NCBI RefSeq assembly: GCF_947568905.1
Contig: NC_079166.1
Span: forward strand, 16,492,001 to 16,556,000
From: Ostrea edulis
Lineage: Eukaryota
Length of the DNA stretch: 64,000 nt
Direction of reading: 5' to 3'
A program made the translations under genes and the position numbers. The notes beneath the pieces are model-generated. The model was not told the DNA's origin. It did not search any database and worked only from the letters and a program-made list of their open reading frames with translations. Of the stretch, positions 9,729-23,457 are shown piece after piece (positions within the stretch are counted from its first letter, which is position 1; every line of letters begins with the position of its first letter).

Positions 9729-11653
9729 CTGCATGTTATACAAGGATGTCTCCAAAGTGACCGAAGAAACTCGAGTATGTGTATTTCACACCAGTATTCA
9801 CGATAAACACAAGATAATTTCACACCTCCCTGTGGAAATCAATTCGCAATCTTCTAATGTTTTCTTTATAGTGGACATTACATATATTGATTTAAACAAA
9901 TACGGACGTGACGTTTTCCTTGCTTGGGAAATCAGGGAATTTCATTTAGTAACTATCTCCATACTTATCCACGCTTTTTACAAAACAATTTTTAGATTTA
10001 AAGGGGATACGATTATTTGATTAAATAGCAAAAAAAAAATGTTCTTTGATATGGTCCTTAATTTAACCTTTATATCCTCAAATGGCCTTGACAGAGATCG
10101 TAAATTTTCTATGAAGAAAATCAATAGAATTTCAGAGAATATGCACTGTACGAAAAAAAATCACAATAATATGAGCTTTAGAATTCAACAAGTCTGATGT
10201 TTCTCCTATCCAAACAAAATGTTGTTACCAGGCCAAAAATAATTAATATTTAGTTTCTCAGACATCGCCACGTTAGATTGAAAGTTACAACATAGATAAA
10301 TATTATCGACATATATTGAAAAGGGAAATAACTCAATTTTCTCTTTCAACCAGTTAAGGCAGAAGTGTTTTGTGAAATTAAAAGTTCATATTTGTTAATA
10401 TGCTTAATTTATGAATAGTCTTTATAATCAAGTACTTTAAAAGATTGTTTACACTTTAGAGTGAGTTATTTAAAATAAAAGTTGGCAAAATGATATTCAA
10501 ATGGCAATGTTCATGTTAAAAGGGGAGGTAACCCAGACTATTTTTAATAATGAAAATAATAATAACCCCTGTCTGCTTCCTAAATTTTAAATGGTTTAGC
10601 CTGAGAAATTTATCACTTTTTTTTTACCCTCAGGGATATCTAATTTCCATACAAATGTTTAATGATTAACCAGAATTTCCTCTTATCAACATAAATAGAT
10701 TGATGAATACTATTGTGCATTGAAACCTTTTCTAATTTCTCACATTAATTTGATTACTTCAGAACTCGTGACTTATAATCAAACATTAAAAACAGGAGAA
10801 TGGGCATTGTTGTAAAAAGTTTTATTAAATTGGATAAATACATGTATACATTTCGTTACAATAGTGTACTTTGCTGATTATAAATGTACAAATAAGAGTT
10901 GTTGATGTTACCAACAATTGATTGAATAAAACCTCAAAGTTCGAACACGCATTAATTTGTGACACCTTCCTCCTTGACGGAGAAGCCTGACTTGGCATAT
11001 GACCATTCTGTGTAATGGAAAAACACCGTTATCTTGATTTGTCGGTCTTGTTTTCAATTGAATCAATTATCCTAAAACAGACAAGCAGTGATACAATTTG
11101 TTTTAGATGATAGACAATTGTTCCTACATACACGTAGGAAATTTCGTTATCATCATTGTTAATTTCTAAGTGTACCGTAATATGTTAAACAAGCATAGTC
11201 TCACCTGTGTAACGCCCCTAGTAAAACAACTGTATGATTTCTTTAAAACCGCTTGATCTTTTGAAATTACATTACAATCAATCAATATATGTTGTAACAA
11301 TCCGTTAACATTAAACTTAAAATCAAACATTAAAAACAGGAGATTTGAAATATTTTTAAAAATAGATTTAGAATACCCCTGCCATCTCATGTTTTTCGTC
11401 AGCAAAAACAATTCTGTACACTTAACTCTATCTAGTTCCGTTTAAAGTGACACGTATTGATTCAAGAAATAATGATCGCGTGTTCGTGTATGTTGAAGGA
11501 TAACCTCCGAGGTCGAAGAATGATATTTTGAAATATAAAATCTGAAACTTCAATATCCTCGACCTCGGAGGTTATCCTGCAACATACTCGAAAACAAAAA
11601 CTTTACTTCCATTCTACTATGACTCAGAAATATACAGTCTATCATTTTCTTAT

Positions 11654-11869
11654 ATGCAAGGTGAAGATAACGAACAGTGATCAATCTCATAACTCCTACA
11701 AGCAATACAAAATAGATAGTTGGGCAAACACGGACCCCTGGACACATCAGAGGCGGGATCAGGTGCCTAGGAGGAGTAAGCATCCCCTGTTGACCGGTCA
11801 CACCCGTCGTGAGCCCCATATCCTGATCAGGTAAGCGGAGTTATCCGCAGTCAAAATCAGTGTGCCAAG
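11654..11869 (-). mobile_element. Naiad-type PLE 3' terminal fragment
   Basis: atgcaaggtgaagataacgaacagtgatcaatctc...gtcaaaatcagtgtgccaag, the reverse complement of the conserved 3' UTR. Confidence 0.9.
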
Positions 11870-12173
11870 ATGTACATGTAGCTACGAATTAGGTCACTAT
11901 GACGTAATGACAGTTGCCGAAATGACCTACGTTGTTTTTTGCTGACGAAAAACGTGAGATGGCATGAGTATTCTAAATTTATTTTGAAAAATATTTCAAA
12001 TATTTAGTTTAATGTTAACGGATTATTACAACAGATATTGATTGCTTTTTATGATTATAAGACTGAATCATCAGTCATCGACTTTATTGTTGCATTAAAC
12101 AAAACTCGAAAAGTGCAGGCGAGATGTGCGTCCATTTTCTCATAATCAGTTAATACATATGAAGGTATATCGC

Positions 12174-12211
<38 letters not shown>

Positions 12212-12569
12212 TTTGTGGTAGAATCATTTTTAAATGATTCGTATATCAAATCAATTTTAAAACAATCCCTGTAACTTTGAAATGATAGGTCGAGTATGAT
12301 ATTTCCCTTAAACAGCTATAGAAGTGCACAGATAAATACATGGGCTGTTTGATATATGTTAACGGTACCAGCATATCCCCAATACTAATCCAAATGCAAT
12401 GTGTCATCTTTTCTAATCAACTGAACTGTTGATACAAAAACAGGTACCCTGCTTGTTTACAGGATTCAACAAACGAGCGATTTTAATCAAGTAAATACAA
12501 TGTGTCACTAGCCATAACTTCGTATATCCATGAAATACTGCATCTGCGCCCTTTGTTTCAGTATTATTT

Positions 12570-12690
12570 GCGCACTTCGTCACTGTATATTTGCGCACTT
12601 CGTCTCTGTATATTTCCGCACTCGTCACTGTATATTTGCGCACTTCGACTAGCTCTGTATATTTGCGCACTTTATTTCAACTGCGCACTT
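12570..12690. repeat. ~23-25 bp tandem repeat (ctgtatatttgcgcacttcg)
   Basis: About 5 copies visible. Confidence 0.7.
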
Positions 12691-14824
12691 TTTGGATATT
12701 AGTTACGTACAACATTTTTCCATGTTTTGACAGTAATCAATCTGCGCAGTTTCGACATATTTCAATTATCGATAATAGCATTGACCTTTCTAATTAAGAT
12801 AAAAATCTTTAAAATATCTATCAAATTACAAATCATGTTGAACAGGCTTAATGTCTACGTTATGAGTATAAGTGGAAATTTGTTATATCCCGATTGTGCA
12901 AATACTTTGCCATTGATTGATTAATTTAAGTAATTTAACTTTCTTTTTTTATCAGATTGGAATTTTTCACATTAATTAATTTTCACATGAAGTAGTTTGT
13001 AATTCGTGAGGCTGAATAGAATTATTTTCTTACAATATTATACACTTGTGAATAACAAAAGTTGCAAAAACTAAAGTTTGTCAAATATCTAAAATTTGTA
13101 AGAATTGACATCAGACTAAAAGGTCAGCTATCGGTTTTATCATTATATCTATTATCATATTCACAAACACAGCGTTTTGTCAGCATATAACGTATATCTG
13201 ACGGTTGCTGTATGTAGTAAGTCGATTTCTAATGGCAACTTATATCAAAAATGTATTCCTTCACTTAAAGAAACACGGTCTCACAAACTTTCTACTGTCT
13301 TCATCAACAAAATTACGCAAAAAATAATTTAAAGTGAATCTTTACACTTAAAAAAGATATGAAAAATTCAACTTTCACATGCCAATCAATTATTGTGTGC
13401 AATTTTGAATCTTCCATTCTTAGTTTAGTAAAGAGTATTAAATCAAATGAATGGCAAACATGTTTTGTGTTAAATGTGGAGGAGGCTATATTATGGAGAC
13501 ATTCGTGATTTGTGTACAGCAATTAACCCCCCCCCACCCACCCACCCACCCACCCCCCCCCCCCCGTCCACCTTTCATTCTGTATTAATCCTCTACAATA
13601 CTAGACGTTTTTCCTTAACGTAGCACATGTATACACCTGTACAATTAGTTTCCTTGAGATTAGTACCAAATAGACCGGCTTTATAGCTTCATTAATACTA
13701 TTATTAACATTTGTAAAATCTCTAAAGTAAAAGTTTTTAAAAAATGAATCAGAGGGAGAGTTTTGTGTATCTCTGGTACTAACTTAAATATTCTTATTTT
13801 GTATAATTTAAAAAAAGTGATTATGCTCCAAATAAAGTTCCACAAGCCGAGAATCTTGCATAACGATGGTTATCAATATCTAACAAAGCATTGTTATCAA
13901 CAGAACATTGCTGAACATTAGAAAATCAGACGGTTTACATTCCGGATATTTAGCAACAAAATAAAGGCTGTGCTGCTTGTCAGAAATTTACAGTCTTTTA
14001 ATTATTATGTTGAATTCAAATATATTCATTAAGGAGTGATCCACGATGTTTTCAGGGCCGTTTCGCCACGCGGAAGTATTTAGCTGATTACCTGGGATCG
14101 GAGCGATGCATATCAATACCTTTGTTTACCTGTATGACTAAGCTGTTTCTAGTGCGCAGTTGAAATGTACAGCGCAACTGTGACTAGGCTAAATCAAGGT
14201 TGCTCTATTAAAAAACATCTTCACTTACTAAACCTGTTTACTGCAATAATAAATATAATTTTGTATAAAAGTCAATTATGAACGAGAGAGAAGATTAAGA
14301 AAGAGAAAGAAAGAAAAAAGAAATTTTGAAGGACACAAAGAATTTTTTTTTTTTTAAGTTTGTTTGAAAAACAAAATGTACATTTATTTTGAAAAGTTGT
14401 TTTATGACGCTTTTCAGTTGAATGAAATTTTACATTTACATCTCCACAAGATGTTTTTGTATCGATTTCTAGAAAATGTATTGGATTGTTGTACATAAGG
14501 TATCAGGTTTTCAATTTTGCCTTGGAAAAATCGATGTTTCTCTTTTTCTTCAAAAAATAAAATCTTTGAGAAGATGGTTGGTAGTATCCTGTTAGTGTTC
14601 AATAAGGTTTCATAATTTCATTTTCACCCAAATGGAGGTAAAATAAACCAACGTTTTTCTACACACACGCACACACACACACACCCGCAACAAAACTGGT
14701 TTCCAGAACTCCTTTTACATTTACGATGTAGCCAAATCATGTTTTGGAAGATGATTGATGGTGTCCTGTAGATGTGCAATAAGATTTAAGAATTTCCATT
14801 TTCACCCTGTGGGCCATTTTCAGG

Positions 14825-15384
14825 TTGAAAAAAGACGTTGTTCTTAAAGAAAACCCTGGCTCCCATAACTCCTCTTACATTTTATGCAGTGGACAAATCA
14901 TCGTTTGGAGAATATATTCCATTGTCACCAGTATATGGAGTTTATACCTGTCAACTGATTCGATACGCAAGCGCTTGTTCTACGTATGGTCAGATTTTAA
15001 ACCGAGGCAAGCCACTGACAAACAAGTTGATGGTACAGGGGTTTCAACAGTCTCGTTTAAAGTCAGCATTTCGCCAATTCTATAGTCGTTATAACGATCT
15101 AGTTTGCCAACACAACCTATCATTGGGGTCAAATGCTGTTTGACGTGTTTCATGCCAATTGTTAGACCGTTCGTAGCACACTGATTTTGACTACGGATAA
15201 CTCCATTTACCTGATCAAGATATAGGGCTCACGGCGGGTTTCCGGTCGACAGGGGATGCTTAGTCCTCCTCGGCACCTGATCCCATCTCTGGTGTGTCCG
15301 GGGGCCCGTGTTTGCCAACTCTCTATTTTGTATTGATTTTAAGAGTTATGAGATTGATCACTGTTCGTAATCTTCAGCTTTCAT
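14825..15384 (+). mobile_element. Naiad-type PLE RT C-terminus plus complete 3' UTR
   Basis: IPLSPVYGVYTCQLIRYASACSTY...QQSRLKSAFRQFYSRYNDLVCQ, then the 3' UTR to ttcagctttcat. Confidence 0.88.
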
Positions 15385-15944
15385 GTGTCCGTTAGATGTA
15401 CAATCAGTATTCAGAATTGTCTTTGTCACCTTTAGGGGCAAATGGGGTGGAAAAACGACAGTGCATTGTGTCATGTGCAACAAGAATATGTTTATTCTAA
15501 AGGTTGGAAATTCAATCATTTTAAGCATATTTGAACAATCAAAACATGGTGGGCCTATAGGATGACCCTGGAACACTTGCCCATCAAAATACTCAATGCA
15601 TTTTTATATGTGCAGCAAACAACAAAGAAAACATTTTATTGTTTAAATGTTTTGTCAAATCGCGACCTCCAGACTGTTATTTGTTGATGATTGCGTCCTT
15701 GACCGTGGATGTTTAGTCGATCATTTGTAAATCGAAAATCGTTGTTTTTTTATAATTGTCCCTCGATTAAATTTCAAACTCGTCTGCAAATATGGCCATG
15801 TATTTGCTGTATCCATTCAACGACGATAATAAACAGTCGATACAGCAGAGTGTAATCATATCTTCCCGGGAAAGACTAAAAGATGGAGTTCATGAAATTG
15901 GACTCAAAATTTACGTAGGAGGCAGTGAAAAAATGACAAATTAG

Positions 15945-16990
15945 ATCATTATAACAACCATAGAATTTGCAAAATTCTGACATTTAAACAGGACTGTTGA
16001 CACCCCTCCCCCCGTAACATCAACTTATTTGTCATTAGCCTGCCTCGATTTAAAGATCTATCATCCGTAGAACATGCTTTAGCGTATCGGATCAGCTGAG
16101 AGACAAAGACATCATATGCAGGTGATAATGGAATATTGCGACATAAATATGGGAAGTTGATGACGGAAAAGCTGAAGTCATCACGTCTATCATAGATAGG
16201 AGTGGTTAATTCGCCGTTAGCATCTATGTTCAATATCCAAATGTGAAGCAAATATGATATACTCTATGATGTCTTTTATTTCGAGTTCACTGGGATATAG
16301 CGAATGAAAATCGGTATTGTTAACCAAAAAATTGTCGTCGGTTTAACAAAATATTGTTTCTTATTACGTAGAAACTTTTTAATAAATTATGTCTTGTAAG
16401 AATACAAGGAGCACAATTCGTACCCATGGGAATTTCAGCAGACTATTGGAAAACCTGATCACCAGAGACGACGTAGGTATTATCAGTGGGGAACTGCAGC
16501 ATCTTTTTATATCAACTTCAGCGTAATTGTACTTTGAATCAGAGTGATGTTTAAAAAAGTAATCAAAATATGAATATTTCCATGTTCCATTTTTATGTCT
16601 ATGACGTCAAAAATCTGTTTTAAATTTATCATGAGGAATGGTCGTGTAAAGTGTGAAAAATCATACGTTTTGATGCTAAAAGTATTGTAATTTCAAATTT
16701 ACTAAACGTTCTTTGGTTGTTGTTCTTAGAATCCACATTTGATTTACACCACTTCTCGCATATATTGTGACACAATAAGCCAGCGGTCCCCCCACCACCC
16801 CCACCCCCTACCACCCCACGGCAGTTTATATTTTTGTGAGAAGCGCCGACTGGGACTTGGTAGAATGTTTGCTGGATCCAGCTATGTTTCTATGTAAGGG
16901 TTTTGGTGAAGTTTTGGAATCCAGTATAGGTACGTAATTCATATTCTTTCGTGTCATGGACTGGGATATCAAAATGTGTTTAAATCCCAT
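15945..16990 (-). mobile_element. Degenerate Naiad-type PLE RT fragment
   Basis: Minus ORF IYDRRDDFSFSVINFPYLCRNIPLSPAYDVFVSQLIRY. The region 16400-16460 matches the IPMGTNCAPC-encoding sequence seen at 1360-1420. Confidence 0.85.
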
Positions 16991-18326
16991 CTCTTACTTA
17001 GTGTTCCAACAGAAAATTCTCAAACATTCTGTAGCTGTATATCATTAAATCTAATTTGTGTGCTAGTATATACTGGTATATTTGAAGGTAAAATGTACAT
17101 GGAAATGCAAGTAAAATACATGTACTTTCGATTTGTTTAGTAGTCCCATTTTGCAGCACAAACATCATTGCAGCCAATCAAAACCTCGAAGGATATATGT
17201 AAAGGAAAATAATTTAGAGAATGGATGCATAACTCAGAAATCAAAATCAATATAGTTTTGTGAAAGCTGAAGATCAATCTCTTAACTCCTATAAGCAATA
17301 CAAAATAGAGAGTTGGGCTAACACGGACCCCTGGATATACCAGTAAATCATTATCTTCAATGTCGTAAGAGAAAACACGAATGGTTGTAATAACTTCAAA
17401 ATCAAGGTATGAGTGTCTTATCAAAACTGATTTGGAAGGACGAGGTGGTGTTGGGCGGGCCTCGGCTGAAATGACTGAGTCTTCTCAGTTTAAAATTTTG
17501 GTATTTCCTCTTTAAATTTCAGAATATTGAAGAAAAACCAGGAGGGCTAGGTTATTATTGGAGCTGAATCTATCATCTTACAATCAAGAAAGTTCAATCT
17601 TTTCTCTGTGTGAAAATTGTAATAAATGATATACTAGTATACGACATATTTTTGTAATTCATTCTTTTCGTGAAGTGTTGGGATATCACTCTACAGTGAT
17701 GGGGCTGGCAGTGGTACGATTGGATGAGTATGAAAACATGGAACAATTCTAATATTTAGTAACACTTCCCGAATAAAGAAAAGTTTCATAATTTAACAAA
17801 CAATTTAACTTAGAAACAAGTAGCAATTTATTGATTTAGAAATTATTTTTATATTTGGTAACAATATCTTAGCATATAACAAGTACGCAGCAATACCTTT
17901 TAAAAACTACTTTCTGTCAATCTGGTGTTGCAGTTCAGGCTCACAAAAGCACCAGAACAGTATATAGATTCGTGGTCCTTGATCAGGTTCACAGATACAT
18001 CAGAAAAGTATGCAGATTTGTGGTTCAAGTTAGGTGTCTATGTGAACCTATTCAACATCTCCAGCGCACTCCATCGAAACTATTTAAGATGATGTAATTA
18101 ATGTAACTTAATTTCAGTTGTACCACGCATTTTGATTGGCATCATTCTGTATAATTGATTATTGCTATATTCAAATTAAAGATTGCCAAGTTCAATTAAG
18201 ATGGAACATCATGTATTATTACAAATTCGTATTTCCATACGAATGCTATGGTTTTTTATCATTCCTTTTCAGGTCTCATGTACTCCATCTCAAAATTTTC
18301 TGTAAAAAAAAAAATGAAAAAACTAT

Positions 18327-18372
<46 letters not shown>

Positions 18373-18479
18373 TTTAGACACTGTATTTCTATACGAATAC
18401 TATGGGGTTTTTTTATCATTCCTTTTCAGGTCTCATGTACTCCATCTCAAAATGTTCTGTAAATAAAATGAAAAAACTA

Positions 18480-20950
18480 TTGATATATAATATTGATCAC
18501 TAGAAATCCATTTACCAGTAATATCACAGGACGTAGTTTCTGTACCAAAACCTTTAAGATTTTTGAGCTGTAAATCGTCTAACTTTGTCTACGCTATTGA
18601 GTGTAACCTCTGTGGCTTAATTCATGTAGGGGAAACTAAGGGTTTACTTAATAAAAGAATATATAATGGTGGTAACCGACTTCTTCACCAGGATTTTAAT
18701 TCCCCTGACCACTCCATCTTGTCCATGAGGGTTAGGATTATAGACAAAATTTCCATCATACACACAATCCAACCTTAAGTACGCCTATTCGTAAACAACG
18801 AGAAGATCATTGGAATGGGACTCTAGGCACTGTATTTCCATACCGGTCAACAGGGGATGCTTACTCCTCCTAGGCACCTGATCCCACCTCTGGTGTGTCC
18901 AGGGGTCCGTGTTTGCCCAACTATCTATTTTGTATTGCTTGTAGGAGTTATGAGATTGATCACTGTTCGTTATCTTCACCTTGCATGGTAGTGTATACAA
19001 TATAGGAAATTCGACTAGTCCACAATGAAATAATAATTTTCAAATACACAAAGACGTAAACGCAATCATGGACATCGTTTTTAAAAAAGACCAAATCTAC
19101 ATGATGTCACCCTTGATTCACTTTTACCTTACGTCAACAGACAACTAGGTCCACATCGTATTCGCACAAAACTTTACTCTGTTCCATTAAGAATTTGAAC
19201 AAGCCAAAGCTAGTCCATACTTGGATTTGTGAACACCAGAATATAGACTGAACTCTATGAGTATGTGTGTTGTCCGTCACAGCCTCTTTAAACCACCGCG
19301 GATTATGGATGATATTCCTTCCGAATCATACTGCCAGTTCCTTGAACTCAAATTTACTAACAAGCGTATAGATGTCGTCAACATCAGCAACATTCTTCGT
19401 CATAAAAGTGTTCAGTCTTGTATTCCAACATATTTCAAGTTGAAATCTACATCCTGTATTTCTTACAACTATGCTCCTACTATTGCATCCAATTTATAAT
19501 TACAAACAAACTTTACAATGCCTAGATATAGATCATCTTATACCCAATCCACCTACGTGTTCTTGTTCTTCATCTTCTTTCAACTATAGTCCAACTGGAC
19601 ACGTCATTACTGGCGATGTTGATATATATAAGGTCCTAAATTCAGAGAACCTCGGTTTTTCAATTGGCGATATAACTTCATCTCTATTATGAATTATGTC
19701 GAAGATTATGCCAGATGATGGGATAAATATGAAAAAGGACTTGATACCTTGTCAGAATGGATTAAACATATAAGAGGAATATTAATATCCCTTATTAGAC
19801 ACATAAAAACAAAACTACGTACTAACTACACTTCTGTGTTTAAGGGATCAAAGATTTAGATTACATGAGGAATATGTTTTTGTTTCCAGCTGACATAGCT
19901 TGTAATAACAATGTCTTTGTTTGTAAGGTTCATTATTACAACTGTATTTTAAACGAACTTGGCATATTAATAATTAACTATCTATTTTGTATTGCTTGTA
20001 GGAGTTATGATATTGATCACTGTTCGTTATCTTCACCTTGGTAATCGAACATGTACTTCAACCTCCCTTTCAAAAGAGCATATTCTTCATACTCCTGCTT
20101 CAGTTTTACACACATTTAATATCCCAGTCAATGTGCTGGATCATAACAAATTACCGTACCTATAATGAATTCCTAAACTTCACAGAAACCCTTATACAGA
20201 AAGAAACATTGCTGGATCTAGTAAATGTTCTACCAAGCCCCTATCTTTGCTCCTCACAAAACTATTAACAGCTGTGAAGGAGAAACGTCAAACGTACTGT
20301 TCGACTACATATGTCAAAAGTGGTGTACATCAAATGTTAAATCTAAAAAACATCGAAAGAACTTTTAGTAAATTTGAGATCGGAAAGCCTTTCTCAAATC
20401 AACAACATCGAAACGTATGACGTTTCAACACTTTACATGACCATATCTCACTATAGATTAAAGACTAGACTTTTTGACATTATAGACAGTTGCTTCTTCA
20501 TCAAAAATGGAAAAACGAAATATTTGTATCTAATGATCCGTCATCCAAAAAGTTACTACACTGTATATTCAACAACATTTTGAATGCACGCACAAGTATT
20601 CTAAACTTGAAATAAAAGTATGCTGGGGTTCCTCATTGACAATATCTTCGTAGTCTTTGGTGATCAGGTCTTCCAACAGTCTGTTGGAATTCCCATGAAC
20701 ACAAATTGTGCTCCTTTGTTAGTTGACCTGTGTTTGTACTATAATGAACCAGACATTATTCAAAAGCTTATAGGAGTTATGAAATTGATCACGGTTCGTT
20801 ATCGTCACCTTTCTATTAACAATGACCATTTTCACTCATTCATGTATGTCGATTCAATATATCCCTGTGAACTCGATATAAAAGACACCGCGGAGTCCAC
20901 ATCTGCTTCATACTTAGATATTTTATTGAAAGTATATATTAACGTCAAAC
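18480..20950 (+). mobile_element. Decayed near-full-length PLE with GIY-YIG endonuclease - CxC linker - RT order (Naiad-type)
   Basis: 18563: CKSSNFVYAIECNLCGLIHVGET..L..R (GIY-YIG). 19471-19692: PPTCSCSSSSF.YSPTGHVITGD (CxC linker). 20374-20950: IETYDVSTLY, FQQSVGIPMNTNCAP.L.DL.LY and IYPCELDIKDT (RT). Many stops and frameshifts. (TA)n at 18329-18370 lies just upstream. Confidence 0.85.
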
Positions 20951-23423
20951 TTGGCACACTGATTTTGGCTACTTTAAAAATGAAATTATTCCACATAAAC
21001 ATTAAAATATGTCCCATTATGATACATGGAACAAAGATCAGTTTTATATTCCAAGAAGCAGAATGGGGTTATTCAAAAAGCGAATGTACCTGATTCCGTA
21101 AAACATTGAAATTTATTAAATGTTGTAGTCAGGGAAGACATTTTACTCAATTCATTCCGCAGAATTGAAATAACAGACATTACAAGCCCACCATCATTTT
21201 ACTCTTTTGGGAAACGATGCATCAACATTATTCATACACAGCTAAGGCACAACTGTAAATGTACATTATATTTCATTATGATCTTTATAAACAAAATATT
21301 ACAAATTATCCGTTTTGTTCATGTGGACATATTAAAATTGAAGATTTACATCATCTTTTTTTCGCTTGTAAAACTTACTGTAGAACTAGAAATAACCTTT
21401 AAAATCGCCTTTTCATGCTTGACTTGCATGGTCAATAAAGATACAAAACCGTTAATACATATATGTTTACTATGTTATGTGGTGTCCATTTACCTCTGCA
21501 AACTAATATACATATATATAATGTAAATATTTTTCAGCTGCTCATGAATTTATAGATGTAACTTTGGTATTCATCTAATTATTGAACATTTTACCTGTTA
21601 ATTATTATCTTGCATGACATATTGTAATATTTTAGTAGAGTGACTAGGAAGTTTTTAGAACTTGTTCCCAATCCTTTTTGATTCGACGAATAAAAGACAT
21701 GTATGTTCAAAACAATTTCTTCATGAAATTACTGTTCGTTTCAAACGTTTATAAAAGCTTGATCATTTGATGTCAAATTGTAATAAAACCTGTTAGCGTT
21801 CTTCTCTGAACGAGAAAATACAGCGTGAACGATTTAAATCACGTCACTGTTTATTTTTTCAGTATCGTCTTAAGGGTCAGCCAGCGTACTATTACAATTC
21901 ACAAAATACTTATGGAGTACATCATGTGACATCAACAACCATTATATAGATTGCAGTAGTGTTCACGATTCTAACATTCTTCATTTTAACTGTAACCCGG
22001 ATTTCCTCCATCCACCAGAAAGGAATTTCCAATAATAAATTCTGTGACGAAGAAGAGGAGTTTATTGAAGATTTTGTGCCCTGACGTCATGAACAAAGCT
22101 GTATAATCTTTTAAAGAATTGTGCACTGTAAAAGTTACATACATTAATTACCACACTTCAAAAGAAATAGTTGCCTCGTTTTGGGAGTCGCTGAAGAAAA
22201 ATTTCTGTCTTCCTGCGCGGTTCAATATTCAAAAGTGAAATAGCAATGTTTTATTTTAGAATTCTATTTAATCTAATTAAACTTCATTTTATGTTAACAA
22301 GTTCTACCACTCGGTTCGGATATTGACGTGAAGTGAGGAATAAACCAGAGAATAACTATTGCAATTTGCGATAGTTCTTTAATTTTATTATCAAATCTCA
22401 TCTCAAGTTTCAAATAACTGAAACTGAAAGTAGTACCATCTAAGTAGTTATATTTACTTGTATTACATTGTACTACTTGTATTACATTGTACTACTTGTA
22501 CTCATGGTAAGTAATTAATGTATTGTGAGTTGCATGCATTTCCGTAGATGCGGCTGCCCCCCCCCCCCCCCCCCCTGTTTTGTTTTGTTGTTTGGTTTTG
22601 GTTTTGGGTGGGGTTTTTTTTTGTCCAAACGAAAGCCTACTACATGTATCAAATGTATTAAGTTTGGAAAAACAACAACATATTTTCATCATTTAACAGA
22701 GCAAGTGGTTCATGTTTAAAAGCAAACATTCTAGCCCAAATTTCGTTATTCACCTACCACACTTAACCTTAAAGGTTTTCATTGATAACTATAATGAGAT
22801 ATACCGCTACTTCAATAAAGAGAAGAAGTACTTTCACTCCGTAGAACCGTATTGTGCTGTTGTATAGGAAGTACTCACCAACACTACTTAACACGTGAGA
22901 GTTAGTACTGTAACATTTCAATACTTCTTTCACCAGATGTGGTTTATAACTCATCCTAAACAGGAAACAGTTTGTGCCGAATTATTTATTCTGACGTCAA
23001 TGCAGTCCTTTTGCAATCAGATAAGAAGATTTTAAGGATACGGTGCACTTCAACATTCTATTTATAGTATGAAATTCGTACACAATACGCTCAAAGTACA
23101 TACAATTAATTTTGACCTCAATGCACCAAAAACTATATTACATGTGATCATATATTTTCATATCGTTTACAAGTATCTTTGAGTGGATTTCCAAAATCTG
23201 CAGAGCATCCATTTACCCATGGTATGGTTTAAATGGCTTTGCTTTCAATCCTCATACAATTGCAACACATGATGACGCTGTTATATACTAGGGTTGTCCC
23301 AAAATTCCGTGGACTGGGCTTATAATTTTTAAAGTATCGATTTAATTTCATAAAAACTACTATATGGTACCAATTATACTTTTGTTGACCGATACCCAAA
23401 ATTTGAACTTTGTACTTCATTTA

Positions 23424-23457
<34 letters not shown>

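Noticed and set aside
17934-18092. 52-codon open frame after a ttgcag acceptor (FRLTKAPEQYIDSW...)
   Set aside because: No recognisable family and no linked upstream exons. A frame of this length can arise by chance.
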